From Azolla caroliniana (lineage: Eukaryota > Plantae > Polypodiophyta), in contig JBHGNT010000011.1 in assembly GCA_043228905.1 (NCBI GenBank), positions 20,460,001-20,524,000 of the forward strand: a stretch of DNA of 64,000 nucleotides, in the 5' to 3' direction. The notes beneath the pieces were generated by a model that did no database searches, was not told the origin of the DNA, and saw only the letters and a program-made list of their open reading frames with translations. Numbering within the stretch: the stretch's first letter is position 1; each line of letters begins with the position of its first letter. A program made the position numbers and the translations under genes. Below are positions 40,601 through 50,991 of the stretch, in pieces.

Positions 40601-41918
40601 CCAACAATATGGCATTGATTATGAGGAAACTTTTGCACCTACTTCACGCATGACTACCATTCGTACCATGGTTGCATTGGCTGCCCAAAGAGGTTGGAAA
40701 ATGCATCAATTGGACATAAAAACAGCCTTTTTAAATGGTGATTTGCAAGAAGAGGTTTATGTGAAGCAACCTCCTGGATTTGCTACGAAAGAGAAAGAGC
40801 ATATGGTTTGTCGCTTGCATAAGGCCTTGTATGGTCTCAAGCAAGCTCCGCGTGCATGGTATGAAAAAATCCATAAGCACTTGATTTCTCTTGGCTTCAC
40901 ATGTAGTCCGATTGAAAGCACACTTTATGTACGCAAAGATGGGGCTGATCTTCTAGTGCTCGTTCTTTATGTTGATGACATACTCTTGACTGGGTCATGT
41001 GATGCAAAACTCGATTTTCTTATGGCTGATTTGCAGCATACTTTTGAAGTCACTTATCTTGGTCTTTTGAGCTACTATCTTGGCATCCAGTTTGTATCCG
41101 TTGAGGGGGGAATGTTTATGCATCAAGGAAAGTATGTTGAAAAACTACTTCAGCGTTTTGACTTTGAGGATTGCAAGCCGGTTTATACACCTGTGGAGAC
41201 AGGATTTAGGTTCTCTGTTGAGGATTCTAGTGATGCGTTTGATACTTCTCTTTATCAACAAGCTGTGGGATGTCTTATATATGCATGCAATACAAGGCCG
41301 GATATACAGTATGCAGTCTCCCAATTGAGTCGATTCATGCATAGCCCTGGCACTAAGCATTGGCAAGCAGTGAAACGTGTGTTCAGATATCTTAGAGGCA
41401 CTTTGAGCTTGGGTCTCTTTTATGGCAGAGATACTCAGCCATGCTTGCATGCTTTTACAGATAGTGATTGGGCTGGTTGTTATGATACTCGCGTGTCCAC
41501 TAGTGGTAATTGCTTTTTCTTTGGAAACTCATGTATATCTTGGTTGAGTAAAAAGCAACCTACAGTGGCGACATCAAGTTGTGAAGCTGAGTACAGGGCA
41601 GTTTTCACAGCTACAGTGGAGTGTATATGGCTAAGACGCCTTTTGATGGATCTTTGCATGGAGATTGAAGTTGCTACACGTATTCTCACAGATAGTCAGA
41701 GTGCATTGGCTGTTGCACGAAATCCTGTATTTCATGCACGGACCAAACACATTGAGGTGCATTATCACTATGTGAGAGAGCGCTTTCATGCAGGAGATAT
41801 TGATTTGGTATATGTGCCTACACAAGATAACGTGGCAGACATATTCACCAAAGCTCTTCCACGAGAAAAGTTTGAAGCTTTTCGCAAAGCTTTAGGCTTA
41901 TTGCCTTGTGGGGGCTGA
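37647..41918 (+). CDS. Copia Gag-Pol polyprotein (GAG-PR-IN-RT-RH), 1423 aa
   Basis: Zinc knuckle CKYCRKVGHTIEEC; protease DSGAS; integrase WHARFGH/CEGC with D (VHSDV), D (LRTDRG), E (GVAERKNR) and SKGY; RT LDIKTAFL and YVDD; RNase H TDSDWAG, EAEY, TDSQSA and ADIFTK. The domain order is Copia-type. Confidence 0.97.
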   Translation: MANNGDLFGMLQAEDKLDGTNYPMWSYMMKHVLVAKQLWNIVVDVDRRPAGPTTSQSTITDTGSSSSTVTSSTPPTQEQLRWDGKDAQAHALIALSVKRHIVPHIRSCSTSKQAWDTLASLYAVRNEARVAYLRKQLEDVYMAENESVDVYVTRIKDLKEQLANIDEIISNTSLVSTLLKGLPESFQSFATTIRLVAKGNTDMYAFDEVVSLLLQEEQSRVNRSGLIEGTQALAISQKGKGKHGSAFGSSKPKPQPPSFTYSSNDGDLQKKKRCKYCRKVGHTIEECRKLVKRNEKKKESGMTISENVSSAKSDEANMAQDYWACVVTYHYDASLHSKCMVVSEIDSDWFFDSGASKHITSCKSFFASLKDAPKGGHVVCANNASYPIIGVGEIELSAANGGVVILKNVLYVPGIKKNLISVPLIAKAGLHVHFVDDKCMVHDYSNGDVIVMSGTLCNGLYRLDTYKRASLNALAVHTSSMAEMELWHARFGHLNFNSLLHLQKKDMVIGLPTLESIEKHACEGCILGKMHRASFPKDSHTHTTRKLQLVHSDVCGPVKTPSFGKHVYFVTFIDDATRHTWVYPMKAKNEVFSCFKSFLAMAEIFSANKLLTLRTDRGGEYMSHEFNSFLCERGILHQCTVPYTPQQNGVAERKNRTLLEMARCMVKGKHLPNKFWMEAVMCANYVLNRCPTKALRVITPYEAWNGHKPMVSHMRVFGCLAYALVPSQQRHKLDDKAKKCIFVGYSAESKGYRLYHPLTDTIIVSRDVVFAENSAFPFLECKKQPTVSSQDVFDTLMPLFQSVALDHGHVDQPSESQRDKNFQQISVENARNVQPNVAENEHEIQPTHDVHVEDVLHNERMAIERSQTMPRWLKQTLQDSKLSAPLLGKTRSSSRHASGNFVDYSIVAIACNEEPLTFEDACDDPHWMSAMQSEMDSIHKNGTWELCELPKGKNVIGTRWVYKIKRKPDGSIDRYKARLVAKGYAQQYGIDYEETFAPTSRMTTIRTMVALAAQRGWKMHQLDIKTAFLNGDLQEEVYVKQPPGFATKEKEHMVCRLHKALYGLKQAPRAWYEKIHKHLISLGFTCSPIESTLYVRKDGADLLVLVLYVDDILLTGSCDAKLDFLMADLQHTFEVTYLGLLSYYLGIQFVSVEGGMFMHQGKYVEKLLQRFDFEDCKPVYTPVETGFRFSVEDSSDAFDTSLYQQAVGCLIYACNTRPDIQYAVSQLSRFMHSPGTKHWQAVKRVFRYLRGTLSLGLFYGRDTQPCLHAFTDSDWAGCYDTRVSTSGNCFFFGNSCISWLSKKQPTVATSSCEAEYRAVFTATVECIWLRRLLMDLCMEIEVATRILTDSQSALAVARNPVFHARTKHIEVHYHYVRERFHAGDIDLVYVPTQDNVADIFTKALPREKFEAFRKALGLLPCGG

Positions 41919-42824
41919 TCTGTCACTCCTTGTACATGTTCACATCATTCGCTCCAGGGGGGTTTGTTACACTTGCGTGTTCCTCTAGTAGCTTTGATGT
42001 GAACCATTTTCCCTATACATGGGCACTTTTTACTCTAGTGCTGGCTAGAGGTTTTTTCCCCATGTTACCACATACATGAGTCACTCATAAGTGGTGGTAC
42101 TTAGTACTTAGGGATATATATTTCAGCTCCTATTTTTTTTTGGAACATTCATCAATAGAGAGCTATTCCAGCCATTGCCTTCCTTGTGTGAGTGCTTCTT
42201 TCTTTGAGCTTCTTGTGTGTTTCCCACTCTTCCTCACATACCCAACAAGACCATGCGTTCCATAATCATCTTGAAGCTCGAATAAGATGTCCATCCTCTC
42301 CTCTTGATGGATCGTCTTCAAAAATAGGAGGACTTTGTCCGCCCCCACCAATCTTCGATCTCGCTCCGAGAGTTGAGAGAAACAATGCTCAAACTCTCGG
42401 AATGCATCCATCGCGCTCTGATGGCGTTCCATTGATGCCACCCATCGGTCCAACTCATGCCGACCTCGCCCCTCCGATTTCGCATACCCGTATGCTTCCA
42501 ATAGGGCTCCCTCCAAGGACACCCACGACTCGTGAGCTTCTCGTAGCTCCTTGACCTCCTTGTGCACCGATACGGCCGCCACTCGAGGAATTTACTCTAG
42601 CCGCATCGCCTCGTCTACACCCCCTTTCGCCATCTCGGCCTTGTAGGCTCCCAAAAATTTTGGGACCTCATTCCATTAAACCGGCCGACTCGATCGACCA
42701 TCCTTTCGACGGCTTGTTTAGTCGCATCTTGCTTCGCCATCTTCCGTCCGGCTTCCATCATGATCTTTGCCATCATCTCCTAGAAGTCCAAGTCTTCTTC
42801 CATCTCCATGCTCCCTTGCCGCCC

Positions 42825-42842
42825 TTCACGTCGGGTTCACCA
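42825..42842 (-). other. Primer-binding site complementary to the 3' end of tRNA-Trp (element D)
   Basis: The plus strand TTCACGTCGGGTTCACCA equals the recalled 3' 18 nt (including CCA) of plant cytosolic tRNA-Trp(CCA). It lies 4 nt from the LTR end at 42847. Confidence 0.85.
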
Positions 42843-44032
42843 AAGATGTCGCGTTGTTACGCACGTGAGTGTAGAAGGGGCGGGATCACGGGGGTCTTGG
42901 ACTAGGGAGTAGAGGAGAAAGAATAAGATATGATATGGAGGCTTAGCTCAAGAGAAGAAGAAATAATAAGATCACCACATAGAAGGAGAGATCGGCGGAG
43001 GTAAGATACTCAACAAGATATATTAAAACAAACGAATGATTACAACAATGGTGGCCGCATGGGCCGCACCAAACGACTATGAGAAAACCCTAACCAAAGA
43101 TGAATAAGGAAAACCTTAAACAAAACACTAACCCTAAAACGGTAAGAACTCTAGACTAAGTGGTATACCTCTCATACGCAAAATAGGCAACCCCTCACAT
43201 CTACGCACTATCTGATGGTGGCCACCGCCTTCCTGTTCAGGAGTTTCCATTCAGACTTTAATACCCCTATGGGTATTTCTTCTCTGTCGATAGGCTCGTA
43301 CATATATTTGACAATGAGAAGATATTCCATTTTGATCTTCCAGTCAGAGTAGTTATGTGAGTTTAGGACTATCATACTTGGAAAGCCGCTCACGCCTCCT
43401 TCCATTTCTGCACTTCACGCTCTGATACCAGTTTGTGGAGAATGTGTAGATGAGAAAGGTGTGCTGAAGTATTCACATGGTAAACAGAAAAAACAACAAA
43501 ATACACAAATCTTTGAAACTCGGAGAATACCCCGCTAAGTTCCACTAAATTGTGCCACCGCTATCGGTCGAGCGCTCTGGCATCTCTCTGTCTTAAACTC
43601 TCTATTACACTTAGTATAGAAAACACTTCGTTATGTTCTGCACCACACCCCGCTAACACTATGTTTGTCCTAGGTGTATTGATACTCATACATAGTATGG
43701 GCTATTTACAAACATAGCTTTCATTATTATTATTATTACTATTATTTAATCGCAGTCAATCATTCGACTAGTAGACTCTTATGTCGATTTTCCAATCGGC
43801 CCAACTAGCAGACTTCCATGTCAACTATCCGACTAGTCGACCTTCTCCTTGACCTGGGGCATTCATGATGTAGTCAACTCTCTCTATCTCTTGTAGAGCA
43901 ATCGACAATCCCGTCGACTCGTTGATCGATCCAACCAACCATCCATTGTTTGGCTTGTCTCTATTCGACTGCCGACTTCTCTCATAAACATTGACTGTCG
44001 ATTTCTCCCATAGGAGGGACATATTCCTAACA

Positions 44033-44758
44033 GACCTCGTCCCCGAGTTCTCTCGGTTCTAGGGACTTCTATTTCGGCCTCTTCCCCGATTTGTGTCACC
44101 TTCCATGATTAAGGCCTTTGGGTCGGTAATGGACTCTCTGTCCTTCCGACGAGCTTCCTCATTTAGTAAGCTTGACTTCACCATCTCTACGGATAAATGC
44201 TTCCCTTCTGATTTGGTGTTGGCCAATGTGACAACGAGCCTCTCCCAACTGTCCAGAAGGGATCCCAACAACAATAATGTTAGTACCTCATTGACAAGAG
44301 GTATTTCTAGAGAGGTCATCTGATTGATAAATCCTTGGAAAGCATTCAGGTGCTCCGCCATGCTAGAGCCATCTTGATACCTCAGTCTCACGATCTTCAG
44401 AAAGACTGATACTCTGTTAACGACGTTTGTGTTCTTGAACATGATGTTGATCTTCTTCTAGAGGACATCGACACTCGTCTCTTCATCAAAGTTATTGTAT
44501 AGACACGTGTCTATAAAACACCTTATGTATGTTGCTCCCTTCAGATGCATTACTTCCCAAGTCGATGCATCAATCTTGTATGGCTTAGTCTTGTCGTATT
44601 GCACCAACAACCATAGATCTTTGCACACTAGCATATCCTGCATCTTCGACTTCCACACAAAATAGTTGGAGCCGGTTAACTTGAACATTCCACCAAAATG
44701 TTCGTCCATCGCTTTGATATCAGTTTGTTGAGAATCGATACGGCCACAACCGGTTAGC

Positions 44759-44812
<54 letters not shown>

Positions 44813-45408
44813 TATATGCGGGTACAAAGATCAAGAAGACAAGAAAAACGGAAAACAGACAACTCAAGTACTAAGACACAATATTTTAACGTGGAAAACC
44901 CGAAAGGGAAAAACTGTAGGAATCCACAAACTCCGAACAGAATCACTAAGGTAGGAGGAGTACAACTAGAAGCTTTAAGGCAATGACCTTGGGCTCTCTT
45001 TTGTCTAACAAACGACAACTGAGTTACAACTCTCACTCTCTCACACACACTTAGTTATTGAGGCAACTACCAACTATAGCTATTTCAACAACTATAAGAC
45101 AATGATCCTCACTACCACATAATGATTGCTCTAGGTGTATGTATACTAATACAACATTCATGGCTATTTACAAATATAGCCCACGAGGGCTCATTAACTC
45201 TATTTACAGATATAGGCCCAAGTCGGCTTCAACTGATTCAGTTATTGGCCGAATCGATTTGGATTTGATTTTTCAGCCACGCCCGAATCGAACAATTGGT
45301 TTGATTTTTCGGCCTATCGGCCTAAGCCGAGTTGCTGTCAATCGATTCAGCTCTCCTTTTCTTAGAGTCGTGCTCCTCTTCCCATCCGAAGGGACTTGTT
45401 TCCTAACA
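44033..45408 (-). mobile_element. Truncated Tnt1/Tork-like Copia (element B): 5' LTR plus gag only
   Basis: LTR 45408-44726 containing a (TG)n run; degenerate iMet PBS TGATATCAAAGC at 44722-44711. Gag MDEHFGGMFKLTGSNYFVWKSKM..SLLDSWERLVVTL..LLNEEARRK is cut at 44033 by element A. Confidence 0.85.
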
Positions 45409-46210
45409 CATATAATATCCTTAATTGAACGACATGTGATATTGTTTTATTTGCTCATTCAGGCATTTGATATTGTTGTGGTCAAGTTATATTATCGTGG
45501 GAGGCCTTTTCAACATTTTCTATTTTTGCTATTATTGGGTCGGGTGGGGTTCTATTTCAACTTCGATATATTGGTTGTGATGTGCTTTTAGCTATATATT
45601 CGAATGTGAAAAAGGCCATATGTTGTTCGTTTAGAATTAGGTATATACTTATTCATTTAAGGTTATTTTTTGTTTCAACTCTCCATTTATGTGGTTTATG
45701 TATAACATGGATTATACATTGGATTGTATTTTCTAATCCGAATGGGAAAGTGAGATTTTGTTTACTTTATTTGGACAAAGTATAGGTTACTAGTTAGATA
45801 TGCTAGATATGACTCACTTTAGTGTGGTGCCCTCAATTTGTCACATCTTGCGGACTATCCAAAAATTGACTAGGACTAACGAGACAAACTAGTCCTAGTC
45901 CCAACAAGCACACCCCAATGGTTAGTCCCAACATGTAGTCCCCATGGCTAGCCCCCCTTGGCTAGCCCCAATGGCCATATAAGGCCCTATATAAGGAGAA
46001 GGCATTGAACATGATTGATCATTCGCCCATTCTTAGATTTCACAAATTTGGTGCTTGGTGCTCTCTCCCCTTCAGATCAAATTGGTGTTGTCCAAACTTG
46101 TTCAAACTTGCCTTGTGGATTTGTCCAACAAGAGGGGGAGTGTAGGCATGGGAGTAAGAAATTGTTCATTGTCCAAATGATTGTGTGACATAATTGAACT
46201 TGAAGGGGCA

Positions 46211-46497
46211 TGTTGAGATGTCAAGCTCAACCACACACCTTGTCTAAGAACACGCCCATTGGAGAATATGTATGAAAGCCCTCCCTTGTATAAAATGTAT
46301 AGTAATATGAATGGAATTGTTAACTCTTGTTATTCCACTCACACTGCCATCATGATAGATTGGTTTATGATTTGATATAAATAGCCTTAGAATGTAGTAT
46401 ATAAACCAACTCTTGTCGTGTATTTAGTATCATTCTAGTGTTGATTAATCATATATTATCATCCCGCATTTCTCTTAATTTGACATTATCTTGTGTA

Positions 46498-46566
<69 letters not shown>

Positions 46567-46608
46567 AATCACTAATTATCTTGATTGTGTAACACTTTAT
46601 CCTTGACA
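46211..46608 (+). mobile_element. LTR remnant preceded by a polypurine tract
   Basis: TTGAAGGGGCA followed by TGTTGA...TTGACA, with TATAAA and a (CT)n(CA)n run inside. Confidence 0.45.
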
Positions 46609-49600
46609 ATACCACTTCTCTACAAGACAGAGATATATGAGTAATTAGAAGGAGAATGTAGCATGCAATCAATTATTTGTCTAGGCCTTATCTTATTTAA
46701 GAGTGAGAGTGTGATCAATCATTCAAACATCTCACTCTAGGGAGCTCTGTTGTGTTCATGTCATTGCAAGTGAGGGAGGGAAACTCACATGAGCACCATT
46801 GTGGTAAACTTGTTAAGCCTTGGTGGTTGTCTGAATTTAGGCCTTAAGGAACCCTTTTCTACACGTAATGGAAAGTTCTCGCTAGTTTCAATGAGCCGAA
46901 AACAATAATTGTAGCTAGATACCTAAGGTTAGAGTTCCACTCAGACTCTATAACAAATTGGGGTCTAGTGTAATTATAAGGGTCTTGCAAATTATTTACC
47001 TCTTTTTCCCTTCATGTGCTACTACAAAATGCACAATTTTAAGTCCCACACCCTCATTTGGAGGCTCCATAATCATAGGTTGTTTTAACTCATTACTTGT
47101 CAAATAAGTTTTCTTCTTGTCTAATTTGTGTGTACTCTCATGTGTCATTGATATGGTGGCTCCCCTTGATTTATTGGACGGATGAACAACAACATTAAGG
47201 TAGTATTGGAGTATTCTCTTTGTCATCTATTGTCTCTCCTCTACATATTTATTTCAACTTTATCATTCATGGAAGCTTTCAATAATTGATAAAGTGGCTC
47301 TTCTATGACATTAAGATATCATTTCTCAATAGGCCCTACTCTAGCTAGTTTTGACTTTTGCCATTCTACATAAAGATTGTATGTTTGAGGACTTATTGTG
47401 TGAGTAGGCAGAGAGTGGCGCATACTCTTCACCGTCGTTCTTATCGGTTTTCAATCTCTAGCTAGGAAAAACGACTAGTGCCAATTTCGAGCATAAATTA
47501 TTTTATTGCATTAGATCAATGGAATAAAATAAAAAATACTCTTCATAATAAGGATAATATCAAAATTATTTTTTGTGACGTTGAAAATACTAAATTTATC
47601 CCCCTCAATGAAAAGTAATATAGTTTTCAAGACGACACTTATACTTGCCCTCACCACCTAACTATTCACAAGAACAAAACGTCCTAGTATGATTCATGGA
47701 AATTATTTTAGAGATACACTTGGGTATAAATGAAATAGAACTTTTCAGTCCTAATTGGCTTCACGAAGCCATCATATAATGGATGTGTAAGCATCCATAT
47801 ATCGACTTCATAATGTTTCAAATTAATTTTCAAATTATCACATGTAATCAATATCACAGTAAGAATGATTCACATCAAATTACATGATTAGCACCATAAT
47901 GGCTACGTTTAGCTCCTCTCCAATTATACACATGTTTTCCAACTAACTAGATATAAATGTTTAAATTTGGGAAATCAGTCGGACTTTTTGAAGAGTATTA
48001 CTAATATTTGTGACTACAAGATCAAAGTTGATTTCCCCCTCGTACAAGAAAGGTGTATATTTATAGGAAAAAACAAAGAAATACTTATGCCTATTTTCTA
48101 TATTTCCCTCGATTGTCGTCATTATTTCCCAACTGGTTTTGGTTGCGCCTCAAAAGAGGGGAAAAGGGGATGAATCCATCATGTAATCCCTTAAACAACA
48201 CATACAATTTAAAGAGCTCAATGTCTCATAAAATCCATCATTTAAAGAGGAGAAAAGGAATGAATCTATCATGTAATAATTTGTCAAAGACATTTGGTTT
48301 AAAATAATGAGAATGTAGGGTCTTTAGGGGTTCAAAGGAAAATGGAAGGATTATCTCAAAGTTTTTCTCTTTATGATATATTATGGGTCAAATTTGGGCT
48401 TATTGTAGATGATACGAAACAACACCAATTATACCCCACTCCCTTAAATGATAAGTATTTCCTCGGGGGTGATCTATTGGCTACTTGGACGTGATGTATG
48501 CCTAGTCTCTGAGGTGGTGGTATGACATATATTACCTCTATTCAACATTATACATCCTCTCTATTCGATATTGAAGTAGATCATGAGAACCATGTTTTTT
48601 AGAGAATCTTCGATATCAAGTAAATATTTAATATATAACTACCAATGGAATTTATTTAGTATATATATAACCACCAATGACAAACAACTTGATGCACACA
48701 CGAGTATAGTTTACTTTACTTGCCAAAGCCTTTACAAATCAACGTGCTTCAACCAGTTTATCGAACACGTTCATAAAGGTAGTTCACTGTTGACTTAGTT
48801 AACAATCTAATGAAACAATCATCTTTGTTTTTCACCCTACATTTATGGAAGACATTCTTAACACGAACAAACGATGATAAAAGGCTAACAACTTGAAGGC
48901 TAACCCGTAACAACCTAGATTGTTTGTGAAAATATGCTTGGAAGTCCATCTTAAGCATCAAGGACAAATGCATTCCAATAATGCCCTGATTATGCCATAT
49001 CCCCAATAGCTGAGAAAATTGTGAACTTCAAGAACCACTTCTCGACTTCACACATAATGAGTGAAAATGTTATACTCTGGGTTATACGTGATATTTGATC
49101 TTCAACGTCAATAATACAAGCTATTTGTCTCTAACAATTGCTCTCATTATTAATGAGAAATTGAAAAGTGAAAACATCACAACATGCCCGATTAGAAAGA
49201 TTTGAATAATAGTAGAGAAGTATGTTCACCAATGGCACTACTGAGAGACACAACAAATGTGAAGGGATCACAAAAGGAGAACCTGAATATTCGAAATTTA
49301 TTGTAACTTGTCGCTCAAACACGTGTGCACACATGCACTTTATATTTGTCTCTTGTATCACCTTATTGGTAAGTCATGCCACGCACTTGGCTCTAAACTT
49401 ATTGTCATTGTCAAACATCTACATTACAAATTGAGCCATTCCATGCACCTAGTTGTTTCATACCTTTCGATACATTTGCATTAGGGTTTCCCCTAATAAA
49501 CCTTATCAATTAAGTGACATATCCATAATATTTTGATTCTTTGCCATGGTGAGCTATTTATTGCGCTATAAAATTGTCATTTTGTTGGTAAAATGTGTCA

Positions 49601-50359
49601 CTTTTGGGTAATTCTGATGCCACATGTGTGACTATGACTAACTTGGTGCCACGCTATTCTTAAGGTGGATATTCCCAATGTAGAATTTGCAAGCTAAAAG
49701 TAGAACTAAAATTAGTTTTTCGGCTCTAGTACAAAACTTTAATCTTACATTTGACTGTATAAGCACCATTTCAGTTTTAGTAGCTACAATTATGGTGCTT
49801 GTGGATAAAGCTAACTTACAAAAAAAAAGACTACTAGGATAATAAAAAAATAAAATCCAAATTTGTGTTATTTTTAAACTACTTGAGGATAAAAAGTCCA
49901 CTACGACTGAGTCCCCATACATTTAGGCCTTGTGCTTTTCTTTCCACTTTAAAGTGGCGATCTTTCCTTGACTAATATGCCACTTGGAATGGCCCTCAAC
50001 TAGGTGACTCTATGTGTAAAAACTTAAGATTTGCCCCATACATTTTTAGGCCTTGGACATTTTATTTCAACTTTAAAGCAGCAATCCTTCCTTGACTAAT
50101 GTGCCACTTGCTATGTCTCGGACTTTGGCTTGCTTCCTTACAAGAAGACATAGATTTTTCCCCGAACTCTAAGGAACATGACACATAAATGGGTCAAAAA
50201 GGCAAGTACAATGGTTTGGGGGGGTTCCAAGCAAACCATGGAGAAGAAGAAGAAGGTGAGTAGGAAGCCTCCTTAGGTCTGCAACTCATAAGAGTCAAAA
50301 GGACCCTAGACTCTACCAAAAAGGTTTGTGGGGCCTTCTCTTCTCTCTCTTTTTTTTAC

Positions 50360-50397
<38 letters not shown>

Positions 50398-50503
50398 TCA
50401 TATTAAACAAACAAAATTCTTGACTTGACTTAGTCTATCTCTTTTTCTTTTTATGTAGCTACACACATATATATATATACATGTATACATATACATTATA
50501 CAC

Positions 50504-50541
<38 letters not shown>

Positions 50542-50674
50542 GTACATATATGATATATATACGTATATATACATATATATACGTGTTATTCAGATTTCTT
50601 CCGTTGAGCGGTAATTCTCTAATTATAAATAACTTCCTTCTTTACAAATTTCCAGTAAACAAAAGCTTGTTGAT

Positions 50675-50714
<40 letters not shown>

Positions 50715-50765
50715 CTCTCTCTTTCTTTCTCTCTCTCCCATTTTCTGTTTCCGCCTTATTTGATC

Positions 50766-50952
50766 AAATCTCCACCGCCCATTTCCTGCTTACCCCTATT
50801 TTCGATCAAATCTCCGCAGCCCATTACATTTCAGTCAAAATCTCCACCGCCCATTTCCTGCTTACCCCATATTTCGATCAAATCTCCACAGCCCATTACC
50901 TTCCGATCAATATCTCCACCGCCTATTTCCTGTTTCTGCCCTATTTCGATCG
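50766..50952 (+). repeat. Higher-order tandem repeat (42+30 bp, period 72) directly upstream of the HIPP ATG
   Basis: Units starting AAATCTCC (last copy ATATCTCC) at 50766, 50808, 50838, 50880 and 50910. Confidence 0.88.
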
Positions 50953-50991
50953 AACGGAGATTTTTACCTCAACTTCAAATAGTCAGATACA

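Larger units (their letters stand above)
37078..42247 (+). mobile_element. Intact, very recent Ty1/Copia LTR retrotransposon (element E, 5170 bp)
   Basis: 283-bp LTRs at 37078-37360 and 41965-42247 (TG..CA) differ at one base (A37254 vs T42141). 5-bp TSD AGACC at 37073-37077 and 42248-42252. PBS present, PPT AGGGGGG at 41956-41962, and a single uninterrupted ORF. Confidence 0.98.
36409..42809 (-). pseudogene. Gag-like ORF of element D, disrupted by 2 stops, 1 frameshift and the Copia insertion
   Basis: Reads ..VDRVGRFNG/NEVPKFLGAYKAEM..WVSLEGALLEAY..FREFEHCFSQLSERDRRLVGADKVLLFLKTI..DDYGTHGL. Removing 37078-42252 restores the frame GL|TKEWSEVEWVCRQH, which continues into an acidic low-complexity tail. 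Confidence 0.72.
33974..43196 (-). mobile_element. Non-autonomous GC-rich LTR retroelement (element D): tRNA-Trp PBS, Gag-like ORF only, no pol
   Basis: 3' LTR 34489-33974 (TGTCGTG...CGCGTCA on minus) and truncated 5' LTR 43196-42847 differ by 16 substitutions plus one 3-bp indel over about 350 bp (manual count). It has an 18-nt PBS and a PPT-like GGTTTGGTGGCGGCGGA before the 3' LTR. No RT, RNase H or integrase motif was found in the ~3.2 kb interior. Confidence 0.85.
29780..44032 (-). mobile_element. Old decayed Tnt1/Tork-like Copia (element A), split inside gag by nested insertions
   Basis: 5' LTR 44032-43434, tRNA-iMet PBS at 43430-43419. Gag runs MEGGVSGF..AVATIR*CVD (43405-43197) and resumes VANDTN..MWQKLSGLYERE at 33544. 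Protease IDTGASFH, integrase WHKRLGH, RT LEIEQLDVKT and FAMKDLG, and RNase H fragments continue to ~30050. The truncated 3' LTR (30013-~29780) aligns with the 5' LTR with many differences. Confidence 0.85.

Noticed and set aside
42825-42842. tRNA-Trp gene
   Set aside because: Only the 3' 18 nt including CCA are present, next to an LTR, so it is a PBS and not a gene.
43196-43199. CACA as the natural terminus of the D 5' LTR
   Set aside because: The other LTR continues about 160 bp further to CACGACA at 34489, no TSD matches, and these bases fit A gag codons.
47290-48540. Faint Copia RT-like words (DIKISFLN, IVDD)
   Set aside because: Too short and degenerate to delimit an element.
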